A stretch of 60,000 nucleotides of DNA, from positions 560,001-620,000 of the forward strand of contig MU054117.1 in NCBI GenBank assembly GCA_013239625.1, read 5' to 3'. The notes below the pieces were generated by a model, which was given only the letters and a program-made list of their open reading frames with translations, did no database searches and was not told the DNA's origin. Made by a program: the position numbers and the translations under genes. This document shows positions 14,576 through 26,500 of the stretch, piece by piece. This stretch comes from Lama guanicoe (taxonomy: Eukaryota). The stretch's first letter is position 1, and each line of letters opens with the position of its first letter.

Positions 14576-15499
14576 AAACTTGAGACTTGTCACAAGCTTC
14601 CTGTGTGGTTTGTTTTAAGATCTTTCCTGTCCTGGTTTCCTTACTAAACTCTTAAATATCACTGTGACATTTGTCATCATTTTGTGGGTTCGTGTTAACA
14701 TTGCGGGTACACCTCGGCTACTTCCTTCCCGGTGGTGGGATCTTGAGGAAGGGTGTTGGCCTTTTCCCAGCTTGGGGTGGGGCCGGCCAGGCTTTCTCAG
14801 GCAGAGCTAAGTCACCTGGGCCTCACTCCCGCTTCTTGCCAAGAACAATTTGCCAAAGCGGGAAAGGCTGCGAAACAACTTCTTGAAGACTCTGCCTTCC
14901 TCTGTCACTCTTCCCAGCCTGGAGCACGAACTCTTACAGTGAAGGAGGGAGACAGGCCCCGTTTGCGTGTTTTTAACCCACGGGGGACTGTGGAGTCGGC
15001 ACAGGGACAGGCACGCTCGCTGCTGCGCTCCTTCCGCGCAGAGACGGCCTGTGCTGCGCCAGCCGGCCGGGGCCCCGGGTGGCCTGCCAGAGGCCAGGAG
15101 CTTGCTCAGCCTCCCAGCTGCGCCCTGGCGCTCACCTGGCCCCAGGGACCCCTCACTTGTAAAACGGGAGCCCTGTCACCTCCCTCACAGGCTGTGTAAG
15201 AGTTAAATGGGGAGACATACACAGAAATGGCCCCTTCCTTCAAATGGGGACGTGTACACGCACAGTAACTGCAGAGCACGAGGACCAGTCTCCCTACACC
15301 TAGGCGACAGTAAGATGACCGAGGGTGTGATGGCTGCCGCCCGTTTCTCACAGCTGAGCCGCCTCTCACCCCCTCTGGAGGGGGGTCGTGCCCGGGGGGA
15401 GGAGGCTGGCCCTGCAGCCAGCCCAGGGCGGAGCTCCAGGTGTCCCGGCCCGCTCCCGTCCTCCCAGCAGGTCGGGGTTGGGAACGTGGGAACGGACCT

Positions 15500-16330
15500 T
15501 CGTCTCCGCTTCCTGAGCGCAGAGGGCGGAGCAGCTCCGGGAGGTCACCCTGCGGCCAGGAAGGGGCTCCGGGTCTGAGCCACGGCTGTCGGCCCCCTTC
15601 GCTGTCCTGCTGTGGCTAAAGAGCGGGGCCGGTCTCCCGCTCTGGTCAGGCTGCGGCCAGCTGGGCCCCGCTCTCCTCTCAGGCCGCTGGGAAGGAGGAT
15701 CCGGGACACTGAGGGACGCTCAGATGTGAATCCGCAGAGCTCCCCGCCGAGGGGCAGGGGCCTGGGACCTCGGGACCCGCCCGGGGCGGCGCGGAAGCGG
15801 GGAGGCGGGGAGGCGGCAGCTCCGGGAGGGGCGGGGTCCGCCCTGGCTTCCGGGGCGTGGCCTCGCCACTGGCTTCCGGGGCGTGGCCCCTCGGCACCGC
15901 CCACTCCTCGCAGGCGCGGCCCTTTTCAGAGCCGGGCCGCCCGGGAGCAGGGGCGACGACCAGGCTTGCGTCCCTGGGCCGGCGGGCAGCGGAGCCGGGG
16001 CCCAGCCTCCGGCTCAGGCCCACGCGGCCGGGTAGCAGCTCGGCGCTTCCCGGGGCTCGCGCCCTTGGGCCCTTACTTTCCTGCGAGGCCTGGAGCAGCG
16101 TGTGTCCGAGGTCCTCCCGGGAAGGCCCCGCTCTCGTGTGTCCGGCGGACGGCAGACGCCCCCCCCGCCCCGAGTCCGGGGTCCGACGGCTGTGGGAGGA
16201 AATCCGCCCTTGCCGGTAAGCGCCTCATCCTCTCCCTCCCGCCCCGTTCATATTCCAAGGTCAGCGGGAAACCGGTGCAATCCATCACACCTTGCGCCCA
16301 GAGAGCCCCGCCGAAGCCCTGCGTGGATGC
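15500..16330. promoter_or_regulatory. Orphan CpG island with ETS + SP/KLF motifs
   Basis: CpG-dense; duplicated CTGGCTTCCGGGGCGTGGCC (15843-15862, 15869-15888), GGGGCGGGG, GCGGAAGC. Confidence 0.65.
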
Positions 16331-17514
16331 TTGAGTGGCTGAACCAACCCCTTCAGAACCTAAGCCCCTCTGAGGACCTTCCGAAGCAGGAAGGAGAAAC
16401 TGGTTTAGCACCAACGTCTCCAGCAATGTTAGGATCACCGTCCAACCTTTCCTCCTCCTCCCACTGGGACTGAGAGCAGGAAAAGCTGCGCAAATCTGGG
16501 TGGAATCGCAGGCTGAGTCGGGCACCCATCACAGGCAAGCGTCCCTGCATGGCCGGTCGGGTGGCTGGGGGTCCTCCCGGCCCCTTGAGCCCCTCCTGTG
16601 CACTCTGTTTAGGAGGGGAGCCCGGGAGGTGGGGGCCACAGCGTGGAGGACCCCTGCTCTTAGAGGGCCTTTCTAGGTGAGGCAGGGTTTTATGGGCAGC
16701 GGTTCAGTGCAACATGAGAAGAGAGGTGTGGTCTTCCTCCTACATGACGACCTTGGTGTTTGCTTCACAGCAGACCCCACATCGGGCTGACAGATCTCCA
16801 GCACTTAGCAGAGCTGAGACCAGTGAAGACTGGGGGGCTCTAGGGCGGGGGGCGGGGTGGCGGTGGAACAAGGATCAGAGGCCTTGGGGACCTTCCTGAC
16901 TCCGTTTATACCTGGCACGTCCACACAGGCAAACCCACAGACGGGAAGGTTAGCACTTGCCCAGGGACGAGGAGGTTAGGGGTCTTGGGGTGACGATTAA
17001 GAGGGTGCTGGGTTTCCTTGAGGGTAAGAGAAATGTTCTAAAATTGCTTATGCTGATGGCTGCTGAGGTCCTCAGAGCCTGGACTTGTGCACTGTCAGTT
17101 GTGGGTGATATGGGTTGTGAACTGTGTCTCAGTGAAGCTGTTAGGAGAGAAAAGAGCAGCCCTGGTGATAAAGGGGACGTAGGGGACCCTGCCAACTGGA
17201 CGTCGGGCCTCAAAGGCCAGGAAAGCGAGAATTCGAGGTCTGTGGGTAATGTAGTCCAGGTGGAGCGTGTGCTTCCGGGACCAGGACCACACTGGCTGGG
17301 CCGTCCTGCTGCAGGGCTGAGCCCTGGCTCCGTCACGGAACAAGTCCGCCGTGGAACCCCATGCTCTGCAGGTCAACCCGTGCTTACTGGAAGCTGGTGA
17401 AACGTCTCAGAAAGTGTGGGAGGCATCTGGATGCAATGATGCCCACCTCCAGGGTTGTTCGAGAGGGACGGCGCCTCTGCGGCCGGTGGCTGGGTGGGCT
17501 CAGTCCTCCGTCCT

Positions 17515-17821
17515 GTCTTAGTTGGGTGCTCGGCCTGCTGTAACAGACCCTGGAAGACGAGGCAGCTTGTCAGGAACAGTCCTGGAGGTTGGGAGTCCAT
17601 GGTTAGGGTGCTGGGAGATTCCTGGTTCACAGACCATCACCTGGCCATGTTCCCACCCGACAGGAGGGTGGAGGGAGCACTGTGGGGTCTCTCACAGGGG
17701 AATGAATCCCACTCATGGGGCTCCACCCCCATGACCTCATCACCCCCCAGAGGCCCTCCCAATACCACCCTTCTGGGGGTTCGGTGTCAGCCTCAGGATT
17801 TAGGGGACGTGATCTATAGCA
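17515..17821 (-). mobile_element. MaLR (MLT1A-like) solo LTR
   Basis: TGTCTTAG start...CTGGAGGTTGGGAGTCCA...AATCCCACTCATGGGGCTCCACCCCCATGACCTCATCACCCCCC...CTATAGCA end. Confidence 0.7.
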
Positions 17822-18019
17822 CCCTTGCACTTGGTCCTATGGTGCTGTCGGGCTGGGTGTGGGCCGTGCACTGTCTGGGACCTGGGCCTTGATGGCCCTC
17901 TGCCAGGCACTCTCACTATGAGAAAGGCCTCTAAACCAGGGCCTCCGTGACCTTCGGCAACACGTGACTCAAAATGACTGCCAGGAATTCCCATCGGAGT
18001 TAATAAACGTCTTCATTCT

Positions 18020-18025
18020 TTTATT
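18020..18025 (-). terminator. Candidate IL17RA polyadenylation signal
   Basis: TTTATT on plus (AATAAA on minus) ~1 kb downstream of the stop codon. Confidence 0.55.
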
Positions 18026-19049
18026 GGTAAGCTCTCTCACACACGTGCAGACACACATACACCCACGATACCTGGTTTCCCATCACACGTCAGAATCCTC
18101 CCCTGCGTGCGGGAGCTGGGGGCTCAGGTAGAAGCAACAGAGAACCCACAAACCCAGGGCGGACAGCATCCCACCAGACAGAAGCCTCAGTCTCTCCCAA
18201 GGAGCTGCTTTGGGAAAAAGCTTCTTTAAATGCTGGGCCTTAAATGCTGTCTGTGGACCTCAAGCCTTCAACTGGAGAGTGACAAACCTTCCCCCCGAAG
18301 GGCCTGTCCGGATCCTCACTCCCCACCCCGGTGTGAGCCCTTGGCTACAGCCCAGGGCCCGGCCAGCCGCCCCAGAAGAATCCTCTGCCAGGTCTCTCCC
18401 ACTGGCTGAGGCCGCACGTGGGCTCAGGACTTGGGACTTTGCTCAGAAATGACCCAAGCTGGCCTCCGGGTGTGTCTGGGGCAGCAGCCCCGCAGGGTGG
18501 AGGAGCCTCGGCCTTTGGGCTGATGGCCCCAGCCTGGCCCACTGCCTCCACTTCCCCTGCCCCGCTCCCCTCCAGCCCTCACCCCTGCGGCTGCCATCTC
18601 TCCAACCAGTCTCTTGGTCCAGGAAACTAGCTTCTCCTTCAGCTCATAATTGCCTCCTCCAGAATTTCTCCCCAGGGCCAGGCACCCTTCTGGGTACCTC
18701 CTAGCCCTGGGCAGGCCTCTGTCCGGCCTTTACATCTTGCACGGCCATCCTGTTTGCTACTCTGTCCCTCTCACTGGACGGTCAGCTCCTTGCTGACCAG
18801 GGACATGGCAGGCCCAAAACAAAGGCCAAAGGAATGAATGAGTGATGGAGAATTTAGGACACTCTGCCACGAGCTCCTGGGAGTGGGCTGTGGCTTCTTG
18901 TGGGGACAAGGGTGACCAGATAGTCACAATGAAAAGTGAAGGGGACATTTTCAAATAGTCTGTTTCAAAGGTACGCACCTCACACAGGCACATATCCACA
19001 TCCACATGCGTACACGCCCAGACGCCCCCAGGGACACATACACACACTG

Positions 19050-20548
19050 TCACCGCCCTGGGTCTGGGCGGCCCTGACGTGGCCTCTCGGGCTGCAGACC
19101 GGGGTTCTTGCCGAGCTCCTGGAAGAAGAGCTGCAGCTGGAGGCTCCTCAGGCTCTCCAGGCCCTCGGGGGAGAGCTGCTGGGGCCTCTCTTCCCCAGCC
19201 TCCCGCTCGTCCTCGTCCTCGTCCTCGTCCTCCTCCCCGGGCCTGTCGGGGAGCTGCGGGGAGCCCCGGGAGACGTAGCCCTGGTCCGACTGCACGGACT
19301 GCCGCTGCTCCTCCCCGTGGGGCGTGAGTGGGTCCTGGGCCTGGCAGCTCAGGCTCTGCCGGAGGAGGGGGAGCACTGCGCCTTTAAGCTGCCCCATCAC
19401 GTCCTCGAGGGGGTGGTTGGGCGATACCACGGGGGTGCTGCAGACAGGCAGGTCCTCAGGGTGCACGGGGAGGAAGATGATGCTGTTCCGCCGGGCACCA
19501 CAGGGCCCCAGCAGCGGGCCGGGCTTGCCTCCCCCGACCAGGGCCACCCGGCCTGCGGCGCTGCTCCCGACAGCCCGGGGGATTGGCTCCACAACCTGAG
19601 CGGGAGGGGCCCTCTCCACCGGGACCACTGTCGTCTGCAGCATCTGGGCCGCCGGCTCCCCCGGGGACCGAGGCCGGGGTTCCAGCCTTGACAGGCCGCC
19701 CCCTTCCCCGGCGAGGAGCAGCTCCACCGCCAGGGGGCCCTCGCAGGTGGGCTCCCGCACCTGCGGCTTTTGCCGGATGATCCCCACTCCAGGCGGTGGC
19801 AGCAGCGGCTCCTCCAGCTCCTCGTCATCCAGGGACGGCAGGTCTTGGTCATCTGCCCAGCGGAGGTTCTCGAGCTCAAACCAGTCTGGGCACCGAGCCT
19901 GCCACTGGTGAAAGCGCTGCACGGCGTCCCTGAGCTGCTGGCCGCTGGGGCTCCGCAGGTAGTTGTCGCCCGTGAGCGCCCCCACGCGGTGCATGCGGCC
20001 CGGCTCAAACATCTCCAGGTCCTGGATACGGAAGTAGACCTCCTCGAACTTGTCCATGAGCGGGTACCTGGAGGTGATGTTGAAGAGGTCAGGGACGTCG
20101 CTCTCACTGCTGATGTCGCTGAAGTAGCAGACGATGTAGGTGCCGAAGCAGGCGGGCTGCTTGAAGTCCGGCAGGATCATGTTCATGGCTGCCGTGAACA
20201 GGTCCCCCGAGGGCTTCCCGCAGTCACAGCGGAGCTGGACGGCCGCATCCTCCCAGCCGAGGATGGCCTGCCACTTGGCTCGGGTACCCCGGGAGCACAG
20301 GACGATGATCTTGGAGTTGCTCTCCACCATTTCCTGCTTCTGGCGGCCCACCCAGGTCATGACCCCCACCTCAGAGATGACCTGTTCCTCCAGCAGGTCT
20401 AGGGCCACGTCGGTGCCACAGACGGTGAGCAGGAACTGGGCGAACTTCAGGACCACATCCACGTAGAGGGGGTGGTCGGCCGAGTACACGATCCAGACCT
20501 TCCTGGGCTTCAGGGGTGGGGGGCTCAGGCTGGCAGCGGGGAGGACAT
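19050..20548 (-). CDS. IL17RA: IL17RA exon 13 (SEFIR/TILL and C-terminal domain)
   Basis: [31 protein letters not shown]...[13 protein letters not shown]; acceptor AG at 20550-20549; TGA at 19052-19050. Confidence 0.97.
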
Positions 20549-23500
20549 CTGGGGGAAACAGAGGAAGCTGGGTCACGGGTCCAGGCACGTCTACCACACT
20601 GGCCTGCACGACTCAGGCCAGGGATGGCCTCAGCTGGCCCGCCGGGGAGGCTAGGATCAGGCAGAGCTGGGCTCCTGAGCCCAAGAAACGCAGCTGAGGC
20701 CTTGGGATGAGCCCAGGGTGGCTGTTCACCTGTGGTGCCTGGAAAACAGCTGTGCCTCGGGGAAAAGAACCTTGTGCTTTCTCATCTGCTCCTCAGCCTA
20801 CAAGTTAATTAAAATTCCTTTTTTTTCCTTAAAAGGCACAAGGGCCCGCCTATGGAATAGAAGTAGCTGCTGCAGGAGGGGCCACACGGTGCCCTCACCT
20901 TCCTCTGCTGGCTCAGCGATGAGCGACTGCAAGCACAGCCCTGCTGCGTGGGCCCCTCTGTCCTCTGTTCGGGGCTAGTGGTGGACTGTCTGCAGGTGAC
21001 GTCTCCCCGGGAACAGGAGCTGGCCCGCCGTGCATCCCACAAGCGCCACCCCCAGGCCTCAGGGAATGGACTCCCCCCACGCCCAGCCCGCCCAGCCTGG
21101 AGCCGCCCACCTGTGCATTTGCTGCCATCTTCATACTTGCCGTGGTGGGAGCCTGAAAGAAAGACAATACCAGAATATTCCAGAAGTGTCCTTGCAGGGG
21201 GCAGAAATCCTACAAGACGTCTCAGAACGGCTCTTCTGAGAAATAGGGACCGGCTTGCAGGGGCGTCTGGTGGGAGTGCTGCCCCGCTCCTGACAAAGGA
21301 GGCGCCGAGGCCCCGGTCACCGGATGCCCTGGGCCTTTGCAGGGAGACCGTACTCAGCCGTGAAGCCACGTCTCCCGCGACTGCTCTGTGACCCGGGAGA
21401 GTTAACAGGCCAGGCTCTTTGCTAAGACTTCCCACGATCCTTACAGTCGATTTACCGTGTGGGTGTTGTGATGACTTCCATTTTATAAAAGAGGACGCGA
21501 GGCCCAGGAATCATTTGCCCAGGTGCAGATGGCGAGCTAGGGCCTGGGCCCAGGTCGGCCCCCTGCAGCCTCTGAGCCCTCGGCAGCCAAGCTGAGGTGT
21601 GGCCCACGAGGGACAGCGTCTGTGCTCGACGTGGGGAGCCCTGAGCACAGCCTTAGCGCTGGAGTGGGTTGAAGGGGCACAGGAAGAAGGAGAGGGGTAG
21701 AGGGGAAGCCCCAGCCCCTTACCGGGTAGCCGCCAGGTCATGCAGACGATCAGCAGGATGACGGAACCCACCAGCAGGATGGAGAGGCCCGTGATGAAGC
21801 CGTACACCCACAGGGGCAGGTAGTCTGTGGCGGGGAGAATGCGTCAGCGGCGTGGCAGGGAGGCCAGCTGCCCAGCCCTGGGTGTCCTCTCTGTCACACC
21901 AGCCCTGGAGGCCCCACCCCACTGCCCAGCCCCAGGTGTCCTCTCTGAGACGCCAGCCCTGGGGGCCCCACCCCAGTGCCCAGCTCCGGGTGTCCTCTCT
22001 GGCACCAGGACAGGCAATGATCCCACCACCCTGGGCTGCCTCTTGCTGCAGCCTTCTGCCTGGATCCACATCAGGCCAGGCAGGGACTTCTCTGTGGCCC
22101 CTGAGGGCATGTCCCTGGGGGCCCCTGCAGCACAGCCTGGGAAGGAGGTGGGCGTACCTTCAATCGTGTCTGCAATGAGAACCAAGGGGAACAGCCTCAG
22201 TTATCAGCAGTAATCACAACCCACCACTGACATGCACAGAGCCTGCTGTGACCCTGGCCTGATACCTGGCCCTTTGGTACGGGTTAAACTTAGTGAAACG
22301 ATCTAAGGGAACCCCTGAGCTGGTGGTCTGCAGAGAGGCCTGTGCCTCTGGGAGGCTCGTCCAGGCCAGGGCAGCGCCTGTGCTTTCTGATCAGCATTTG
22401 GCTGTAGCCACATGTGGGCTGCCGATGGCTTCTGAATGGGGAGTTGTTGCCAGCACCGCAGGCTCGGGCCAGAACCCGGGCTCTGTCACTTCCCTGGTGG
22501 GTGATCTTGGACACGGTACCTGACGTCTCTGTGCCTCAGTTTCCTCACCTATGAACCCAGTGGAGGGAGTCTCCACTTCATGGTACTTGTTACATAGTAC
22601 TTAGTACACAGCATATAGCACACAGTGCTAGGTGCATGGTACCTAGTACACAGTGCTTAGTACACAGTACTATGACTCAGTTTGTGAGGATTAAAAACGG
22701 ACACGTTAAAGCACTTAGTTCAGAACATGGTCCTTAACTGTAACTGTGACAGTAAGAACCCCTATTTTTTCAGTCATGGAAGCTGAGGATCAGACAGGGT
22801 AAGCACTTTGCCCAAGGCTGCACAGCTAATGACAGGCAGTCGGGAGTCCAACCCAGGAGACTCTCTGAAGCCCCCACCCACCCCCAGGACCAGGTCAGGG
22901 CTCGAGCTGTTGACCTCCACCCTACCTGGGGTGTGCCGCCCCTCTGGGCAGGGGACGGTCATTGAGTGTCGGAGGCAGTCATTGAGGCAGCTGCTGAAGA
23001 AGGGCTGGACCTATGGGGGCGGAGGGGAGGGCGGGGGATGCACTTGAGGGAGCAGATCCTGGCCCGCCCGTCTGGGACCCCGGTGGCCGCTGGGCAGGTG
23101 GCCCATCAGTGGTGGGGGGTCAGGGGACTCTGCTCAGGTGAGGCTGGGGCCCGGCAGGGAACCCTGGGTGGCAGTGGCGCTGGGCCCTGGGGGAGAGCAC
23201 GAGCCCACGAGCTGCCACCTGTGCCCGCTGGCCGCACTCGTCTTCACCCGCTCCCGGCTCCTGTCTACACCCGCTCCCTGAACCCGTCTACACCCGCTCC
23301 CCACCTGCACATGGTGGTGACAGCACCAGTTCAAGTTCTGTAGGGTGACTGTGACGTTGGAGCGCTGGTGGAATGCCTCTTGTGGGGGCTGAGGGGAGAG
23401 GGGCAGGTAAGGCTCTTGCCTCAGCTGGGAGGGATCCACCTCGGGAAGCCCCCATGGCTGCTGCCGCCTGGAAGGCCATGGGGAAAGGCTGTCCAGGAGG

Positions 23501-26500
23501 AACGATCCCCAGGGCCACGGTTTGTTAACTTGGGGACACATCTAGCGCCCCGACGTGCCTCTCTGCTTTGCCTGCCAGGCATCACGGAGACAGACCTGGG
23601 TGTCCCGCCCAGGCTTCATCTCATTTCCTCATCTTTACTTCCCCTTTGTCTTCGTTTCCAGTTTTAAATCTTCAAACCCTTTTTGCAGTAGTGGAATTGA
23701 CAAAGCGAAACAAAAAGAGAAGCAGGAGAACGTGTGGGAGGGGGACGCAGGATGGGGAGGGACGGAGGCAGCTGTGCCCATCAGCAGCAGGAGCAGCTCG
23801 GCACCGGCTCCAGCCCCGGATGTGGGGCGGGGGGCGGCGGCCCAGTGGCACACCCAGCACAGGCCGAGCGCGGGGGGGGGGGGGGGGGGGGGGCCTCGAG
23901 GCCTGGAGAGCTGGTTCTGAGCTGGGCGGGAGGGTGAGAAACGGCAGAGAAAGCACGGTTACCGCAGGCACGTCCAGGACACGTTGGAAGCAGCTCTGGT
24001 CATCCGCGCGCGGAAAGCTGCTCACTAGGACCTGGTAACCGGTGGACTCGTTCCACAGGGTGAAGCTCACCCGCAGCTGCCGGGCCTCCAGGGCCTCCAC
24101 GGCGATGTCGGGGTCCCACAGGCTGCCTGCGGGCACGGCAGGGTCCGGGAGTGAGGGTGGGGCGCACAGTGCACGTGTGTGCACGCACGTGTGTGCCTGT
24201 GCCCGTGTGTGCACATGCATGTGTGTGTCTGCGTGCATACACCCAAGTCAAGACCCCCACGGGGCCTCCGGCCACGCTTACCTGAGCTCACGCATGGCGT
24301 GGCGATCTTCATCCTGGGGTCCTCGCAGTCTGCCCACCCAGAAAAAAGTGAAACCATTATGCTCCTGCCTTAGAAAGTCTGCTCGTGCAGAAACTCTGAC
24401 ACCACAGGTAACCACCTTCTCCCTTCTAGGGAGCCTGTTCAAAGCCCCAGGACTGGACGCTGCCACGGGCCAGGGGCCCCACAGGCCTGGGACTGACCCA
24501 GCTGTCTCACCCCTCCTCTCTCCTGGAACCTTCCAGGTCCAGGTGTAAACCCCCCCCCCCCCCCCCCCCACTTGCTTTGGGACCGAGGCGTCTCGGCCCA
24601 CCCCAGCTCCTTCTCTCCCTGCCGGGCTGGTGCTCCAGAGCTGCCTCTGCCTTTCCAGGGAGATGGGCTCTGGGCCCCCATAGCAGCTTTCCTGCAACTT
24701 CCTGCGTCCTCATGAGGAGCTTCTGATTCAGCCTATCTGGGGCCGGTCCTGGGAAGCTGCATTTCTGACAAGTTCCCAGTGGTTTGATGCCACTGACCAC
24801 TCCTCCAGGGAAAGCCGGGTGAGTAGACGGCGTGCGTGCACGCGTGTGTGTGTGTGTGTGTTCACGCAGCGGGGCGCTCTGGGGATGAAGGCTGTCACTG
24901 TCCCCAGTAAGCACTTCCATCACCTACTACGTGCAGGCAATCTGCGAGGGTCTGGGGGCTGGCCAGGTGGAAGGCGCAGACCCTGTCCTCCAGGGGCCGG
25001 GGTCCCAGGAGTGGGTGGCTGTGAACCATGGGACACGTTGTGGCCAGGATTCCAGGGAGGATGAGGATGGAGAAGTAGTTGGAGTACACACACCAAATGA
25101 AGTTTTGGGAGGTGAACCTGGGGGTCCTTACAGCAGGGTGGGTTAGTGGGAAGAGGGGTGGTGTCAGATGATGCAGGTGGGGTGTGGGGTGAGGATGAGG
25201 TGACCAGAGAGGGTTACAGCTCTTCCTGGTACTTCCTGGGCAGGCCGGGGCTGTCTTCAGCCAGGGGGAGGGACCCTGGCTCCTGGAAAACTCCTGAGGT
25301 CTTGGGCCAATACCCACTGTTTGTGCAACGGAGAACTGGTTCAGCCCTCGGGGAGCAGAGGCTGCAGCCACTCCTCAGACAGCCCTGGCCCCGTGGGGAC
25401 CACATGTCAGAGCGGGGAGGCGACGTCTGCACCCCCTGGCGGCTTCCTCCCCAGCTCATGGTGGAGGGGACGTGCTTACCGGGCACCAAGAAGTGTCTGG
25501 ACTGGTGGTTCGGGTCCCCGTCAGGGATGGGCTTAGGCAGGTGGTGGACAGTCACCTCGTACTCCTGGCCCGGCTCCACCACGAAGTGGCTGAAGGCAAA
25601 ACGCCACTGAGGACACGGAGGGAAGAGGGGTCAGACAGGCCAGGCCTCTCACCCACCCGGGCCCACAGGTCAGTCAAAATGAGGAGAAAACCGCCACCAT
25701 GAGATCCGAAATCAGAGGCATTGTTTCTCTGTTTCCTCTGGTCTTTCCTGCCTATTTAAAAAAGGACCGACCACTGGCCTCGTGCAGAGACGACAGGGCT
25801 GAAAGCACGCAGGTCTGGGGAAGTCGGAGGGGCCCTCCCCCTCAGCCTGAGGGACTGGGGCCTGCAGGGCTGCCACATGCAGGGCAGCATGCTATTTGTC
25901 GGGTGACCCCTCCTCCTTAAATGGGAAGGCCGGGGTCTCTTGAGGCTGTCCTGGAGCACAGAAGTGCAGTGGGAGGGTGAAGGGGTCCCCGCCCACCCCG
26001 GGCCTGAAGGCATCTCTTGCTCAGATATGTTCTGGGTGATGCAGGTGACCCCATCGACGCCAACCCCCGCTCCAGTTACTCTGGTGGATGGGAGGCCCCT
26101 GGTCCTCGCCCTCCTCCCAGCGGTCAAGTCTGGGGAGTCCCAGTGAAACAGGGGGCAGGGGTCTGTCTTTGCTGTTTGTGGGGGTGCTGCAAACGGCCAC
26201 TTTCCAGACCTAAACTGCCAGCATTCAGACGGCCAGCGTCAGGACCCCGCGGAAGGCTGGTTAACACCAGCTGCTGTGTATACACACCCTCAGGCTCTGA
26301 TCCCCGAGGTCTGGGCGGGGCCCTAGAACCAGCACTCAGACGAGCCCCCAGGTGGTGCTGCTGGTGCCGGGACTACCCTGCAAGAACCGGGGCTCCACCC
26401 AAACTAAATGAGAGGGAAACCACCGCAGAAACACCGCAGCCCTGGCGGGGGGCCGAGCCCCTCCCCCAGAGGGGCCTCGGACTAACCCAGCTACACACAA

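Noticed and set aside
16957..17400. 147-aa ORF downstream of the orphan island
   Set aside because: TTG start; the 5' half resembles an old L1 3'UTR (GGGTAAGAGAAATGTTCTAAAATTG).
21868..22001. CRISPR-like array
   Set aside because: Eukaryotic intron; contiguous tandem units with no unique spacers.
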